From positions 32,001-96,000 of the forward strand of contig CAVSQB010000018.1 of assembly GCA_963729895.1 (NCBI GenBank): a stretch of DNA of 64,000 nt, written 5' to 3'. Below, piece after piece: positions 1 to 8,911 of the stretch. Origin of the DNA: an uncultured Fibrobacterota bacterium. GTDB lineage: Bacteria; Fibrobacterota; Chitinivibrionia; Chitinivibrionales; FEN-1185. Each line of letters starts with the position of its first letter. Within the stretch, counting starts at the first letter, position 1. A model generated the notes under the pieces. It ran no database searches and had not been told where the DNA came from. It was given only the letters and a program-made list of their open reading frames with translations. The position numbers were made by a program, and so were the translations under genes.

Positions 1-2
1 CC

Positions 3-794
3 CCCATCGAAAACGTGGTCCGCGACATCCGGGAGTCCGGGCGCAAGATCTTCATCTTTCTCGATGATAACATCATCGGCGAGCCCTCCTACGCAAAACG
101 GCTTTTCACGGCGATAAAGCCGTATAACATCAAATGGGTCGGCCAGGCGTCAATCTCATTTGTCCATGATGTCGAGCTCATGAAACTTGCCGCGGACAGC
201 GGGTGCGCCGCCCTGTTTTTCGGCCTCGAAAGCGTGTCCGTCGCACAGTTGAAAACCATGCGCAAATCAATCAAGGACATCGTGGAGATGGGCGAGGCGG
301 TCAAGAAGGTCAAGGGCCTGGGAATTCATTTTCACGCATCGTTCGTGTTCGGCTTCGACGGCGATACAAAGGCGATTTTCCCGGACACGCTCGAATTCAT
401 GCAAAAGAACAGGATCAACACCGCGTCCTACAACGTCCTCACTCCGTATCCCGGCACAAAGATATACAATCAGTTCAGGGAGGAAGGCCGCTTGCTCACC
501 GATAATTGGAGATATTACGACCATTCCACGGTCGTGTTCCGGCCCAAGAACATGTCGGCCTACGAACTGCAGGAAGGCGCGATGTGGGTAAAAAAAGAGT
601 TCACCAGGGTGCCCACCATTCTGAAAAACCTTCCCTGGAGCATGTCGCATCCGTTGCTGTATCTTGCCATGAACATCGGCATGCGGTACAATGTCAAGGA
701 GGATGCGCTCCGGCTGCCGGTGCTGGCCGCCGAACTGTTTTCCCTCACCCCGTTTATGCCCCTGCACGTGGCGCCCGTCGCCATTCCGGCGTAA
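3..794 (+). CDS. B12-binding-type radical SAM protein, C-terminal part (5' truncated by window edge)
   Basis: Frame is open from the window start. FFLDDN-like (IFLDDNI), FFGLES and TPYPGT segments are typical of class B radical SAM cores. CxxxCxxC lies outside the window. Confidence 0.8.
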   Translation, partial: PIENVVRDIRESGRKIFIFLDDNIIGEPSYAKRLFTAIKPYNIKWVGQASISFVHDVELMKLAADSGCAALFFGLESVSVAQLKTMRKSIKDIVEMGEAVKKVKGLGIHFHASFVFGFDGDTKAIFPDTLEFMQKNRINTASYNVLTPYPGTKIYNQFREEGRLLTDNWRYYDHSTVVFRPKNMSAYELQEGAMWVKKEFTRVPTILKNLPWSMSHPLLYLAMNIGMRYNVKEDALRLPVLAAELFSLTPFMPLHVAPVAIPA

Positions 795-806
795 CCTCTC
801 GGTGCG

Positions 807-1949
807 TTATTGTGTAAAGTGCAGCCGGATCCGCACCACTTCCGAAACGGAGTTGGTGCGCACCGGCGGTCCCCAGGTGCCCGCCCCGCACGAGACCACG
901 ATGTTGGCGGTTCCTTTTCTGAGAAAGCCGTAGGGCTTTTCGTAGATCAACCCGTAGAACAGGTTGAGCGGAAAAAGCTGGGCGTTGTGGGTATGCCCGG
1001 AAACCTGGAGGTCGATGCCGTTCTTCTGCGCCGCTTCCAGGTAAAAGGGCTGGTGGTCCATAAGGATGAGCGGCAGGGACCGGTCAACTCCGCGGCAGAT
1101 TTCTTCCAGCGGTTTCCTGCCCGTGCCCATGCGCCGGGCGGTCAGGTCCTTCCTGCCGATCAGGACAAAAGCGCCGGCGATCTCGACTGCCGTATCCTGC
1201 AAAACGGTCACGTTGCCGCGCGTCAGGTTCAAAACCGCCTTTTCCACGCCTGCATAATACTCGTGGTTGCCGGTGACGGCGTAGACGCCGTAAGGGGCCT
1301 TTATCCCGCTCAGCACGCGGGCGATTTCCCGTTCCATGTCGTCCGAGACATCCTCGTCAAAGATGTCGCCGGCAAACAGGACGATGTCGGGCTTTGCCGA
1401 AGCAATCAGCGACAAAATGCGCTGCAATTGCGCAACGCCAACCACCGCGCCCAGGTGCATATCGGTCACCGCCACAACGGAGAGTTCCTTCAGGCCCGCG
1501 GCGTTTTTTGCGACGTCCAGGTCCATGGTGCGCAGCCGGGGACACATCGCGGCACGGTTGCCGGCAATCACGATTGACACTATGATAATAGCGGCCGCCG
1601 TCCATACGGCGCGGCCCGCGGATGCGCTTAACGGAAGAGAGAAGAACAGCCGGCGGCCCAGCCCGGCCAGGTCCAGGAGCGCCGCAAAGAGGACGCCGTA
1701 AAACAAAACGGCCAGATACAGCGAACCCGCGTAGACCGCAACATCCGTACTGCCGCCCGGGAAGAACCTGTCCGCGATCCTGCCGGCAGGATACAAGAGG
1801 GCGAGAACGCACATACCCCAGAGAACAACCGTCCGGAATGCGCCGGTCCCGTCAAGCGCCTGGCTGGTCCTTTTGAGCACGTAGTAATTGATCGCGGCAT
1901 ACACCAAAAGCGCGGCCGCGAGGAAATAGACAATATGCGAATGCTTCAT
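807..1949 (-). CDS. Membrane-anchored metallophosphoesterase (YkuE/YaeI-like)
   Basis: N-terminal TM helices followed by DMHLG, GDIFD, GNHEYY and SGHTH calcineurin-like motifs. Confidence 0.9.
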   Translation of the reverse strand: MKHSHIVYFLAAALLVYAAINYYVLKRTSQALDGTGAFRTVVLWGMCVLALLYPAGRIADRFFPGGSTDVAVYAGSLYLAVLFYGVLFAALLDLAGLGRRLFFSLPLSASAGRAVWTAAAIIIVSIVIAGNRAAMCPRLRTMDLDVAKNAAGLKELSVVAVTDMHLGAVVGVAQLQRILSLIASAKPDIVLFAGDIFDEDVSDDMEREIARVLSGIKAPYGVYAVTGNHEYYAGVEKAVLNLTRGNVTVLQDTAVEIAGAFVLIGRKDLTARRMGTGRKPLEEICRGVDRSLPLILMDHQPFYLEAAQKNGIDLQVSGHTHNAQLFPLNLFYGLIYEKPYGFLRKGTANIVVSCGAGTWGPPVRTNSVSEVVRIRLHFTQ

Positions 1950-1952
1950 CGG

Positions 1953-3608
1953 TTACCGCACAGGCGCAATCGTAAACGATTCCACGGCATTGCCCATCTT
2001 TGCCCGCACACCGTAGACCTGCGCCGCGCGCGCGCCGCAATCGATGATAAGGCAGCGCGCTCCCGAAGGCTGGCGGAGAACCGTGGAACCATAGACCGTG
2101 CGGCCGTTCACATCGAAAAGGGCATAGGAAACATCGGCCGGTTCGGCAAGCGTGTAGCGCAACAGCCATGTCGACCGCGACGTCTTTTCCAACCGGACCA
2201 TCGGGCCGGGCGCCGCCGCCTGGCGTTTGCCGCCCATAACCGGGGTCGAGCCGTATTCGTCCGCACCAATGTCGATTGCGCCGCCCACGATGCGAGGTTG
2301 GGCGTCGATGTCAAGGGTCCCGCATATACTGTCGGGCACAAGGGCGCCTGCGCGGAGAGCAGGAGAAGCTGAGGTGAGGTGCATGTCCGCCGGAGGGTTG
2401 ACCAGCAGCGGATTTGCAAACAGGGCATGGGCGTCGCTCGCGGCGCCCGGCGAACTCGTGCTCCCGCCGTAGTACAGATTGTTGTCGGCCACGATATTGG
2501 TGTTGCCCGTTCCGACGGCGGCCACATACTCCTCGCCGGACTTTGCATACAGGATATTGTTCTCCACCGTGATGCCGCTGTTGTGGTATTGCAACAGGAC
2601 TTCGCCGTCGTTGCTATGGTACGCGGTGTTGTTGACGATGGTTACATTCGTCACGTTTCCCACGCTTGCGTCATAGCCGCCGGCCATGATGTTGCCCTGG
2701 TACGAGCGCGAAACGAAATTATTCCGTACCATGATTCCGTTTGTCGTTTTTCCCGAATGTTCGCATCCGATCTCTATGCCGCAATCGCATGAATCAACTA
2801 TGTTGCGCTCGATCACGATGTTGGTGCCGCCGTCAACATAGATGCCGTCGGCGCTTTGGTCCCCGCCGTACGTGGGATTGCTTTTGCTGCTGATATTGTA
2901 CACATGGTTGTTGACGCAGAACCCGTCCCGCGCCTGATCGCCGGCCGATGCGGTTCCCTCGAACCCGATGAAATCGATGCCGATGTTGTCGTTGTCATGG
3001 ACGGTGTTGTTGATAACCTGGAAACTGTCGACGTTTCCATTCAGCACGACGGATTCGCTTTGACCGAGCTTGCAGTTATGTACTTCGTTGCCGTCGAAAA
3101 TGATGTTCTTGATCGGCGACGCGCCGCTTGTCCCGTATGCCGCGATGCCGTGCGCGTTCTTCGTGTCGGAAGTGATGTCGTGGACATTGCAATCCTTGAC
3201 GAGAATGTTGCTCCCCGCACCGTCGATGCCGATGCCTATCGACGGGTCTCCGCCGGACGCGTTTTCCACTTCAAAACCGATTATCTGGACGTTGCTCCTG
3301 TTCGAAATGGCGACGACCGTGCCTGCCGTGCCGTTGCCGTCGACAACCGGAGCGTCGGTCCCGAAGTTTCGAAGCACAATGGGTGCGCCGGCCGCGCCGC
3401 TTTTCCCGAAAGTCACCGTTTCCTGATACGTGCCGGCCGTAACGTACACCGTATCGCCGGCGTTCGCCGCATTCAGGCCGGCCTGGATCGTGGAATACGC
3501 TCCGCCCGATTTCGCCACGATGATTGCCGTTGCATGGGACGCGCAGAACAGCGCCGCGAAAACCAGGCCCAAAGCCGTTGCCGCCATCAAGGGAAAATGT
3601 TTTTTCAC
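1953..3608 (-). CDS. Secreted right-handed parallel beta-helix protein with T9SS-like C-terminal domain
   Basis: Signal peptide, TIQAGLNAANAGDTVYV start, Asn-rich PbH1 repeats, DIGADE motif, and C-terminal LFDVNGRTV tail. Confidence 0.8.
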   Translation of the reverse strand: MKKHFPLMAATALGLVFAALFCASHATAIIVAKSGGAYSTIQAGLNAANAGDTVYVTAGTYQETVTFGKSGAAGAPIVLRNFGTDAPVVDGNGTAGTVVAISNRSNVQIIGFEVENASGGDPSIGIGIDGAGSNILVKDCNVHDITSDTKNAHGIAAYGTSGASPIKNIIFDGNEVHNCKLGQSESVVLNGNVDSFQVINNTVHDNDNIGIDFIGFEGTASAGDQARDGFCVNNHVYNISSKSNPTYGGDQSADGIYVDGGTNIVIERNIVDSCDCGIEIGCEHSGKTTNGIMVRNNFVSRSYQGNIMAGGYDASVGNVTNVTIVNNTAYHSNDGEVLLQYHNSGITVENNILYAKSGEEYVAAVGTGNTNIVADNNLYYGGSTSSPGAASDAHALFANPLLVNPPADMHLTSASPALRAGALVPDSICGTLDIDAQPRIVGGAIDIGADEYGSTPVMGGKRQAAAPGPMVRLEKTSRSTWLLRYTLAEPADVSYALFDVNGRTVYGSTVLRQPSGARCLIIDCGARAAQVYGVRAKMGNAVESFTIAPVR

Positions 3609-3644
3609 AAAGCTCCTCCCGCAGTCTGTCCTGCGCGTTACTCC

Positions 3645-4004
3645 CTATTTCTTGTCAAATCTCTTGACTGCCTCATACCCGCCCGCATTCACCACATTTT
3701 CAAACCCGTTTTTCTTGAGCACGTTCAGGGCAAACGCGCTCCGGTTCCCGCTATGGCAATACAAGACGATGTGCTTCCGTTTGTAGGGCTCAAGTCGCCC
3801 CAGCTGGCTTGCAATCGCATCATGCGGGATGTTGATTGCCGTACTCAAGTGTCCGGCGTCGAATTCCTTCTTTGAGCGCACGTCGATGACAAGGAGCTCG
3901 TCGGGAGGCAATGCGAAGATTTTTTCCATGGACTTTCTCCTGTATACGTAGGCCGCGATCAGCGCCGCAAGCAGCATGGCCGAAAGAATAAGAATGAGTT
4001 TCAC
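3645..4004 (-). CDS. Rhodanese-like domain protein (PspE-like)
   Basis: IDVRSKKEFDAGHL and YCHSGNRS active-site loop; N-terminal TM helix. Confidence 0.9.
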   Translation of the reverse strand: MKLILILSAMLLAALIAAYVYRRKSMEKIFALPPDELLVIDVRSKKEFDAGHLSTAINIPHDAIASQLGRLEPYKRKHIVLYCHSGNRSAFALNVLKKNGFENVVNAGGYEAVKRFDKK

Positions 4005-4095
4005 GGCCGTCGCCTCCGCGGGAAGGAATCCGTTTTCTTTGCAATCAAATCCAATTCAAAGATACATTTTTCTGCTTCATAGTAAAGTAATATCC

Positions 4096-4231
4096 GGGCG
4101 TTTCCCTCGCTTTGCTCGGGTCGGCCCTTCCTTCGGGCTCGGCCGTTCGGCCTCGGTGCCGGATAGCCCTATGCCTGCGGCGGGGCCGACCGGCACTGCT
4201 CTCCAGAGCACCCTGCGGTCCGGCCTAACGC
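4096..4231 (+). ncRNA. Structured repeat module C, copy 1 (Flavo-1-like RNA motif candidate)
   Basis: Begins GGGCGTTTCCC..GGGTCGGCC and ends GGCCTAACGC. A homologous copy lies inverted at 10593-10763 with covarying hairpins. Confidence 0.55.
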
Positions 4232-4270
4232 AAAAAGCAAGAAATCAAGGCTCGTCTTGGTTTTACCCAT

Positions 4271-4397
4271 CAGTGGCGCAGCTGCGGCCGGAGGATAAGG
4301 GGCGAGGACGAGTCCGTATTTTCCGGAGGAAAATACTTTTCGATATCTTTCCATTGTTCCGCAGCCCCCTGGAGGTCGCAGCGATTAAGCGCCACTG
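4271..4397 (+). repeat. Structured repeat module A, copy 1
   Basis: Closed by CAGTGGCGC/GCGCCACTG; homologous to 7426-7554 with multiple compensatory changes. Confidence 0.85.
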
Positions 4398-4632
4398 CGG
4401 GGCGGCGTCTTTTGCCTACTTTTCTTCGCTGAAGAAGAAAAGTAGGTCTGGGTTCGGGAGTGAAGCTCCCGACCATTTGCACAGCGGCCCGACAGCCGAG
4501 GGACCAGGCGGAGCTGTGGCGCGGCGCGGGGTCCAGGCGTGCTCGCTGCTGACAAGGCAAACGACACAATATCTGGCGCGAAGCGCCAACTACTTCTCCC
4601 TGGGGAACGAAGTGACAGCAGGCGGAGCTGCG

Positions 4633-4732
4633 GGCGCGGCGCGGGGTTCCCAGGGGTGCCCGCTGCAGGGCACCCCTGGCCAGGGTGTCGGGAGCGGAAC
4701 TCCCGACTCAGTTGTAGAACGGCACCGAGGCC
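4633..4732 (+). repeat. Structured repeat module B, copy 1 (twin GC hairpins + GGCACCGAGGCC)
   Basis: Near-identical to 7557-7654; a partial extra copy starts at 4505. Confidence 0.85.
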
Positions 4733-4841
4733 GGCCGACGACTCCGGCGCAAAAATAGTGAACCCCCGCCCGGGTTTTGCGACTATATTATTGTAACCGG
4801 ACCGCAATCGCCCTTCGCGTATCCCGTCAATGGAGGATGTC

Positions 4842-5612
4842 ATGGCAAAAAGAATCATCAGGCTCCCCGGTCGTATGTCTATAGTGTTGCTCAGGCTTGC
4901 CGGTACGGCAATAACCTTTCTCTTTGCCTTCTTTGTCTATGCCTCCGGTCAAATCGTTTCGGCGGGAAGATCACTGGTGAGAGTTGACGTATCCGCAATA
5001 TCGCCGGCCTATGGAATCGTCATGTACGGCCCGCCCATCACGTCGTCCACAATCAAGGGAACCATCAGGTCCGCTGTCGACAGCACACCCCTCAAAAACG
5101 CAAAAATCGTTGTGCAGGATACGGCTGCGGGGCAGACTATCGATTCCGGTTTCACGGCAGACAGCGGGTCGTATTCTATGACGTTCAACCATGCCGTCGG
5201 GATCAATTCCTGGGTCCTTGAGGTCCGCGACTCACTGTACATAACAAAAGACACGCTGATTTCCTTTCCTGCAAACGGCAACGATACACTAAACGTAGAC
5301 CTGTATCTGCAAAAGATGCCGCTCATGGTAAGACCCGCGGGGTCCAATGTGTCCCAGGCTCCGTCATTGCTGGCCGGTCAGGAGGCCAAAGGGTCAATCG
5401 AAACCCGCTACACGCTCCAGGTTGCAGGGCGCGCCCACCTGGCCTTGTACGCCGCAACCGGCAGGCTGGTCAGGGAATTCTTCGACAGGTCCGAATCGGC
5501 AGGGGAGCACCAGGCTCGCTTGGAAACGTCCGGACTTCCGGCCGGGATTTATTTCCTCAAATTGCAGACCGGTACGCACGCGGCCATAACCAGGATCCCG
5601 CTCGAGCGATGA
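4842..5612 (+). CDS. Secreted protein with XYG motifs, carboxypeptidase-regulatory-like domain and T9SS-like tail; putative radical SAM substrate
   Basis: GGAGG RBS before ATG 4842, hydrophobic N-terminus, AYG and MYGPP motifs, IKGTIRS..PLKNAKIVV segment, C-terminal LPAGIYFLKL. Stop overlaps the next ATG. Confidence 0.75.
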   Translation: MAKRIIRLPGRMSIVLLRLAGTAITFLFAFFVYASGQIVSAGRSLVRVDVSAISPAYGIVMYGPPITSSTIKGTIRSAVDSTPLKNAKIVVQDTAAGQTIDSGFTADSGSYSMTFNHAVGINSWVLEVRDSLYITKDTLISFPANGNDTLNVDLYLQKMPLMVRPAGSNVSQAPSLLAGQEAKGSIETRYTLQVAGRAHLALYAATGRLVREFFDRSESAGEHQARLETSGLPAGIYFLKLQTGTHAAITRIPLER

Positions 5613-6712
5613 ACGGCCTCAAGATTCCCCTGCGCAAACGCATTGCGCTCGACCTTTTCAGCATCAAGAAGAGCATTGACGCACGCGTCCATGATTTGCG
5701 CTACCTGTTCTGGGAATGCACGCTTCGGTGCAATCTTTCGTGCCTGCATTGCGGCAGCGACTGCCTGCGCGACGCGTCGGTGCCCGATATGCCCTTGGCC
5801 GATTTTCTGCGCGTCGTGGATTCCCTCAAGGGCCGCCTTGACCCGCACAAGACGACCATCGCGATAACAGGCGGAGAACCGCTGATGCGCGAGGACCTCG
5901 AACAGTGCGGCGCCGAGCTGTACAAGCGCGGCTTTCCCTGGGGGTTCGTCACCAACGGCTACGCCCTCACGCGTGACAGGTACGGCCGTCTCCTCGAGGC
6001 GGGTTTGCGCTCGCTCACCATCAGCCTCGACGGCCTGCAGGCGTCGCACGACTGGTTCCGGAGCAAGGCCGGATCGTTCGACCGCGCCGTTGCGGCGGTC
6101 GAGCGTGCTGCGGCCTCACCGGACATTATCTTCGACGTGGCCACCTGCGTCACCCTCCGGAATTTCGGCGAGCTCCCTAAAATCAAGGACCTTCTGAACG
6201 ACCGGGGCGTCACGCGCTGGCGCCTGTTTACCGTGTTTCCCAAGGGACGGGCGGTGGCGAACGCGGAACTGCAGATTTCCGACCGGCAATTCGTCGATCT
6301 CATGGACTTCATCGTGGACACGAAAAAAGAGGGCAGGGTCCGTCCCAATTACGGGTGCGAGGGCTTTCTCGGGGGCTACGAGGGAATGGCGCGCGACAAC
6401 TATTTCCAATGTGCTGCGGGGATCTGCGTGGGGTCGGTGCTCATCGACGGTTCGATTTCCGCCTGCCCGAGCCTGAGGGCCGATTATATCCAGGGGAACA
6501 TTTACAAAGACGATTTCTGGGACGTGTGGAACCGCAGGTTCCGGGTCATGCGGAACAGGTCGTGGACAAAAACAGGGCCCTGCGCTTCATGCAAGGCGTA
6601 CCGGTGGTGCCTGGGCAACGGATTGCACTTGCGCGATGAGAAGACCGGCCAGCTCATGCGCTGTCACTACGCGCGGTTACGGGACGGGGGAAATTTCCCC
6701 ACCGGAAACTAA
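5609..6712 (+). CDS. Radical SAM/SPASM protein, TIGR04133 (rSAM/lipoprotein system)-like
   Basis: LRKRIALDLF..LFWECTLRCNLSCLHCGSDC and ITGGEP; SPASM cysteines CAAG, ACPS and CASC..WC. Confidence 0.85.
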   Translation: MNGLKIPLRKRIALDLFSIKKSIDARVHDLRYLFWECTLRCNLSCLHCGSDCLRDASVPDMPLADFLRVVDSLKGRLDPHKTTIAITGGEPLMREDLEQCGAELYKRGFPWGFVTNGYALTRDRYGRLLEAGLRSLTISLDGLQASHDWFRSKAGSFDRAVAAVERAAASPDIIFDVATCVTLRNFGELPKIKDLLNDRGVTRWRLFTVFPKGRAVANAELQISDRQFVDLMDFIVDTKKEGRVRPNYGCEGFLGGYEGMARDNYFQCAAGICVGSVLIDGSISACPSLRADYIQGNIYKDDFWDVWNRRFRVMRNRSWTKTGPCASCKAYRWCLGNGLHLRDEKTGQLMRCHYARLRDGGNFPTGN

Positions 6713-6717
6713 AGTAG

Positions 6718-7221
6718 TTATCCCAGCTTCTTGTTCCACTTTTCAACGTCGTCCCTCTGTTCCTTCAGAAGCCCTTCCGCGTAGCCCTGGACCTCAATCG
6801 TGTCGATCCGGTCGCCCTGCGCGATGCTGTTGACAACCGCCATGTCTTCACTGCCGCACACCTCGCCGAACACGGTATGATGGCCGTCGAGCCAGGGCGT
6901 CGGCGCGTGCGTGATGAAGAATTGGCTGCCGTTGGTGTTGGGCCCCGAATTCGCCATCGACAGGACGCCGGGCTTGTCGTGGCGCAACTCCTTGACAAAT
7001 TCATCGCGGAACTTGTATCCCGGCCCGCCCGTGCCGTTGCCTTTGGGGCAGCCGCCCTGGATCATAAAATCCGCGATCACGCGGTGGAACTTGAGGTTGT
7101 TGTAAAATCCATGGTTGGCAAGGTTGACAAAATTGGCAACCGCAAGCGGCGCCTTGTCCGGAAACAGCGTAAGATGGATGGCGCCTTTTTCGGTCTTGAT
7201 GGAAGCGGTGAGGTCGGACAT
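6718..7221 (-). CDS. Cyclophilin-type peptidyl-prolyl cis-trans isomerase
   Basis: [31 protein letters not shown] and [13 protein letters not shown] 7221 is preferred to the longer ORF start. Confidence 0.95.
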   Translation of the reverse strand: MSDLTASIKTEKGAIHLTLFPDKAPLAVANFVNLANHGFYNNLKFHRVIADFMIQGGCPKGNGTGGPGYKFRDEFVKELRHDKPGVLSMANSGPNTNGSQFFITHAPTPWLDGHHTVFGEVCGSEDMAVVNSIAQGDRIDTIEVQGYAEGLLKEQRDDVEKWNKKLG

Positions 7222-7311
7222 GGGGTTTTCCTTTGAAAATTGTGTAATCTCATAAATATACTTGATCAACTCATTGGCGGATTCAACGTCCAATGCTTTT
7301 TGATGGCTGAG

Positions 7312-7374
7312 CCGGGTGACCCCCAAGTGAGTTTATTTGCGAGAATCCAATCTTCGGTTGGGGGGCACCCGCGA
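7312..7374 (+). repeat. Structured repeat module D, copy 1
   Basis: GGTGACCCCCA..TTGCGAG..TGGGGGGCACC; other copies at 10457-10509 and 51799-51858. Confidence 0.75.
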
Positions 7375-7425
7375 GGTGTCGCTGGACAGTTGACACACGG
7401 AATTCTTGTCTTTCTCTTCCGCCAT

Positions 7426-7554
7426 CAGTGGCGCAGCCGCGTACGGAGGTCTTAAAGGGCGAGGACGAGTCCTGCCTTTCCCGGAGGGAAAGGCTTTTCG
7501 ATATCTTTCCATTGTTTCGCAGCCCACCGGAGTGCGCGGCGATCCGCGCCACTG
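7426..7554 (+). repeat. Structured repeat module A, copy 2
   Basis: Homologous to 4271-4397 with covarying stems. Confidence 0.85.
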
Positions 7555-7556
7555 TA

Positions 7557-7654
7557 GGCGCGGCGCGGGGTCCAGGGGTGCTCGCTGGTGAGCACCCCTG
7601 GCCAGGGTGTCGGGAGCGGAACCCCCGACTCAGTTGTGGAACGGCACCGAGGCC
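7557..7654 (+). repeat. Structured repeat module B, copy 2
   Basis: Homologous to 4633-4732. Confidence 0.85.
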
Positions 7655-7748
7655 CTTAGGCCGGGCCCGCAGGAAGTACCGACCTTTGCCTTCGTCAAGA
7701 CGAAGGCAAAGGGAACGCCAGCAGTACTTCCATAAACAATAGAATCAC

Positions 7749-8900
7749 TTGGCAAGGTTTTCCCTCACAAGCTATTTTCACATCTCTATGAAGAAGCCCT
7801 ACCAGCAGGCGGTTGACGGCATCACGCCCGGGCTGAACCGGTTCTACCACCGCGCTTTCACCACGGTGACCGTCGATCGCAGCGGATACGACCCGGAATC
7901 CATCAGGGATTCCATGGTCATGGCGGTGTCCACGCACCGGAGCCAGGCCGATTATTTTCTCATCGGCTGGGTTTTGTACGACAACGGGGTCAAATACGTT
8001 CGCATCGCCGCGGGCGACAATCTCACCGGCTTCCCGGTTATCGGAAAACGGTTCAGGGCATACGGCGCCTTTCCCGTGCGGAGGGACATGGCGTTTCGGC
8101 GGGGGTACGTCCGCCAGTTGTGCCTTGACGTTGTGGGAATGATGGAGGACAACGAACCCATCCTGCTGTTCGCGGAAGGCGGGCGCAGCTATGGCGGCAA
8201 CCTTTTGGAGATGAAAGGCGGCATCCTGCTGTCGGCGATCCTCGCCCAGGCGAGAAATCCCGGGAAGAACGTCTTCCTTCTTCCAACCGCCATATCGTAC
8301 GAATTCCTGCCGGAGCTTCCCTTTTTCGAGATGTTGAGAAAAGGGAAAGACATGCGCAAGAAATCGAACAACGTCCTTGTGCGGCTGGCGGGCACCCTGT
8401 ACTATTTCGGGGCCGATATCATCGCCTTTTCAAGGTTCATCCTGCGCACCCGCCTTGGCCTCACGCAGGGCGAGGTGTTCGTGGATTTCGGCAGCCCCGT
8501 ATGCGTCAAGGATATCGTGGACGTAAATGCCAATTACAATGCGTCGGCGCGCGACGAGATGTCGGGCCATCAGGCTTCCATGCGGATCGTCGGCGCTCGC
8601 CTCTATGCCGCCTTGTGGTCGCTGTACCGGCTGCTGCCGGAACATGTGGTTGCAGCGGTCCTCAAGGAAAACCCGGCCCTCACGCGGCAATCCGCGATAG
8701 AACCGGTGCGCGCGCTTTTGTCGCGGCTCGGCGAGCAGAAGCGGAACACCAAGACGCTCGATGCGTTGTCGCCCGACCAGGTGCTTGCGACCGGCCTCAG
8801 GCAATTGCGGCATGTCAAGGCGATCGCCGAACGGGGAGGCAGGGTGGAAATCAGGAAGCAATCCATCGTCGATTATTACGCGGCGGCCCTCGCCGAATAG
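7749..8900 (+). CDS. Glycerolipid acyltransferase (PlsB/PlsC superfamily)
   Basis: HRSQAD (HxxxxD), GAFPVRR and FAEGGRS motifs; TTG start is uncertain. Confidence 0.8.
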   Translation: MARFSLTSYFHISMKKPYQQAVDGITPGLNRFYHRAFTTVTVDRSGYDPESIRDSMVMAVSTHRSQADYFLIGWVLYDNGVKYVRIAAGDNLTGFPVIGKRFRAYGAFPVRRDMAFRRGYVRQLCLDVVGMMEDNEPILLFAEGGRSYGGNLLEMKGGILLSAILAQARNPGKNVFLLPTAISYEFLPELPFFEMLRKGKDMRKKSNNVLVRLAGTLYYFGADIIAFSRFILRTRLGLTQGEVFVDFGSPVCVKDIVDVNANYNASARDEMSGHQASMRIVGARLYAALWSLYRLLPEHVVAAVLKENPALTRQSAIEPVRALLSRLGEQKRNTKTLDALSPDQVLATGLRQLRHVKAIAERGGRVEIRKQSIVDYYAAALAE

Positions 8901-8911
8901 AAGGAACCCGC

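Noticed and set aside
4271..4397. Module A as a hammerhead ribozyme or retron msr-msd
   Set aside because: No CUGAnGA/GAAA core in the correct arrangement on either strand, and no adjacent reverse transcriptase.
3976..4858. ORFs 3976..4758, 4169..4354, 4385..4858 and similar ORFs at 7283-7742
   Set aside because: They run through GC-rich structured repeats. The shared peptide MERYRK.F reflects the DNA repeat, and variation follows base pairing rather than codons.
8501..8911. N-terminal extensions of tracked ORFs (8501, 12082, 13921, 19944, 44505, 49584, 57904, 60504)
   Set aside because: They overlap neighbouring genes or IS ends. Downstream starts have RBSs or translational coupling, or match the expected family N-terminus.
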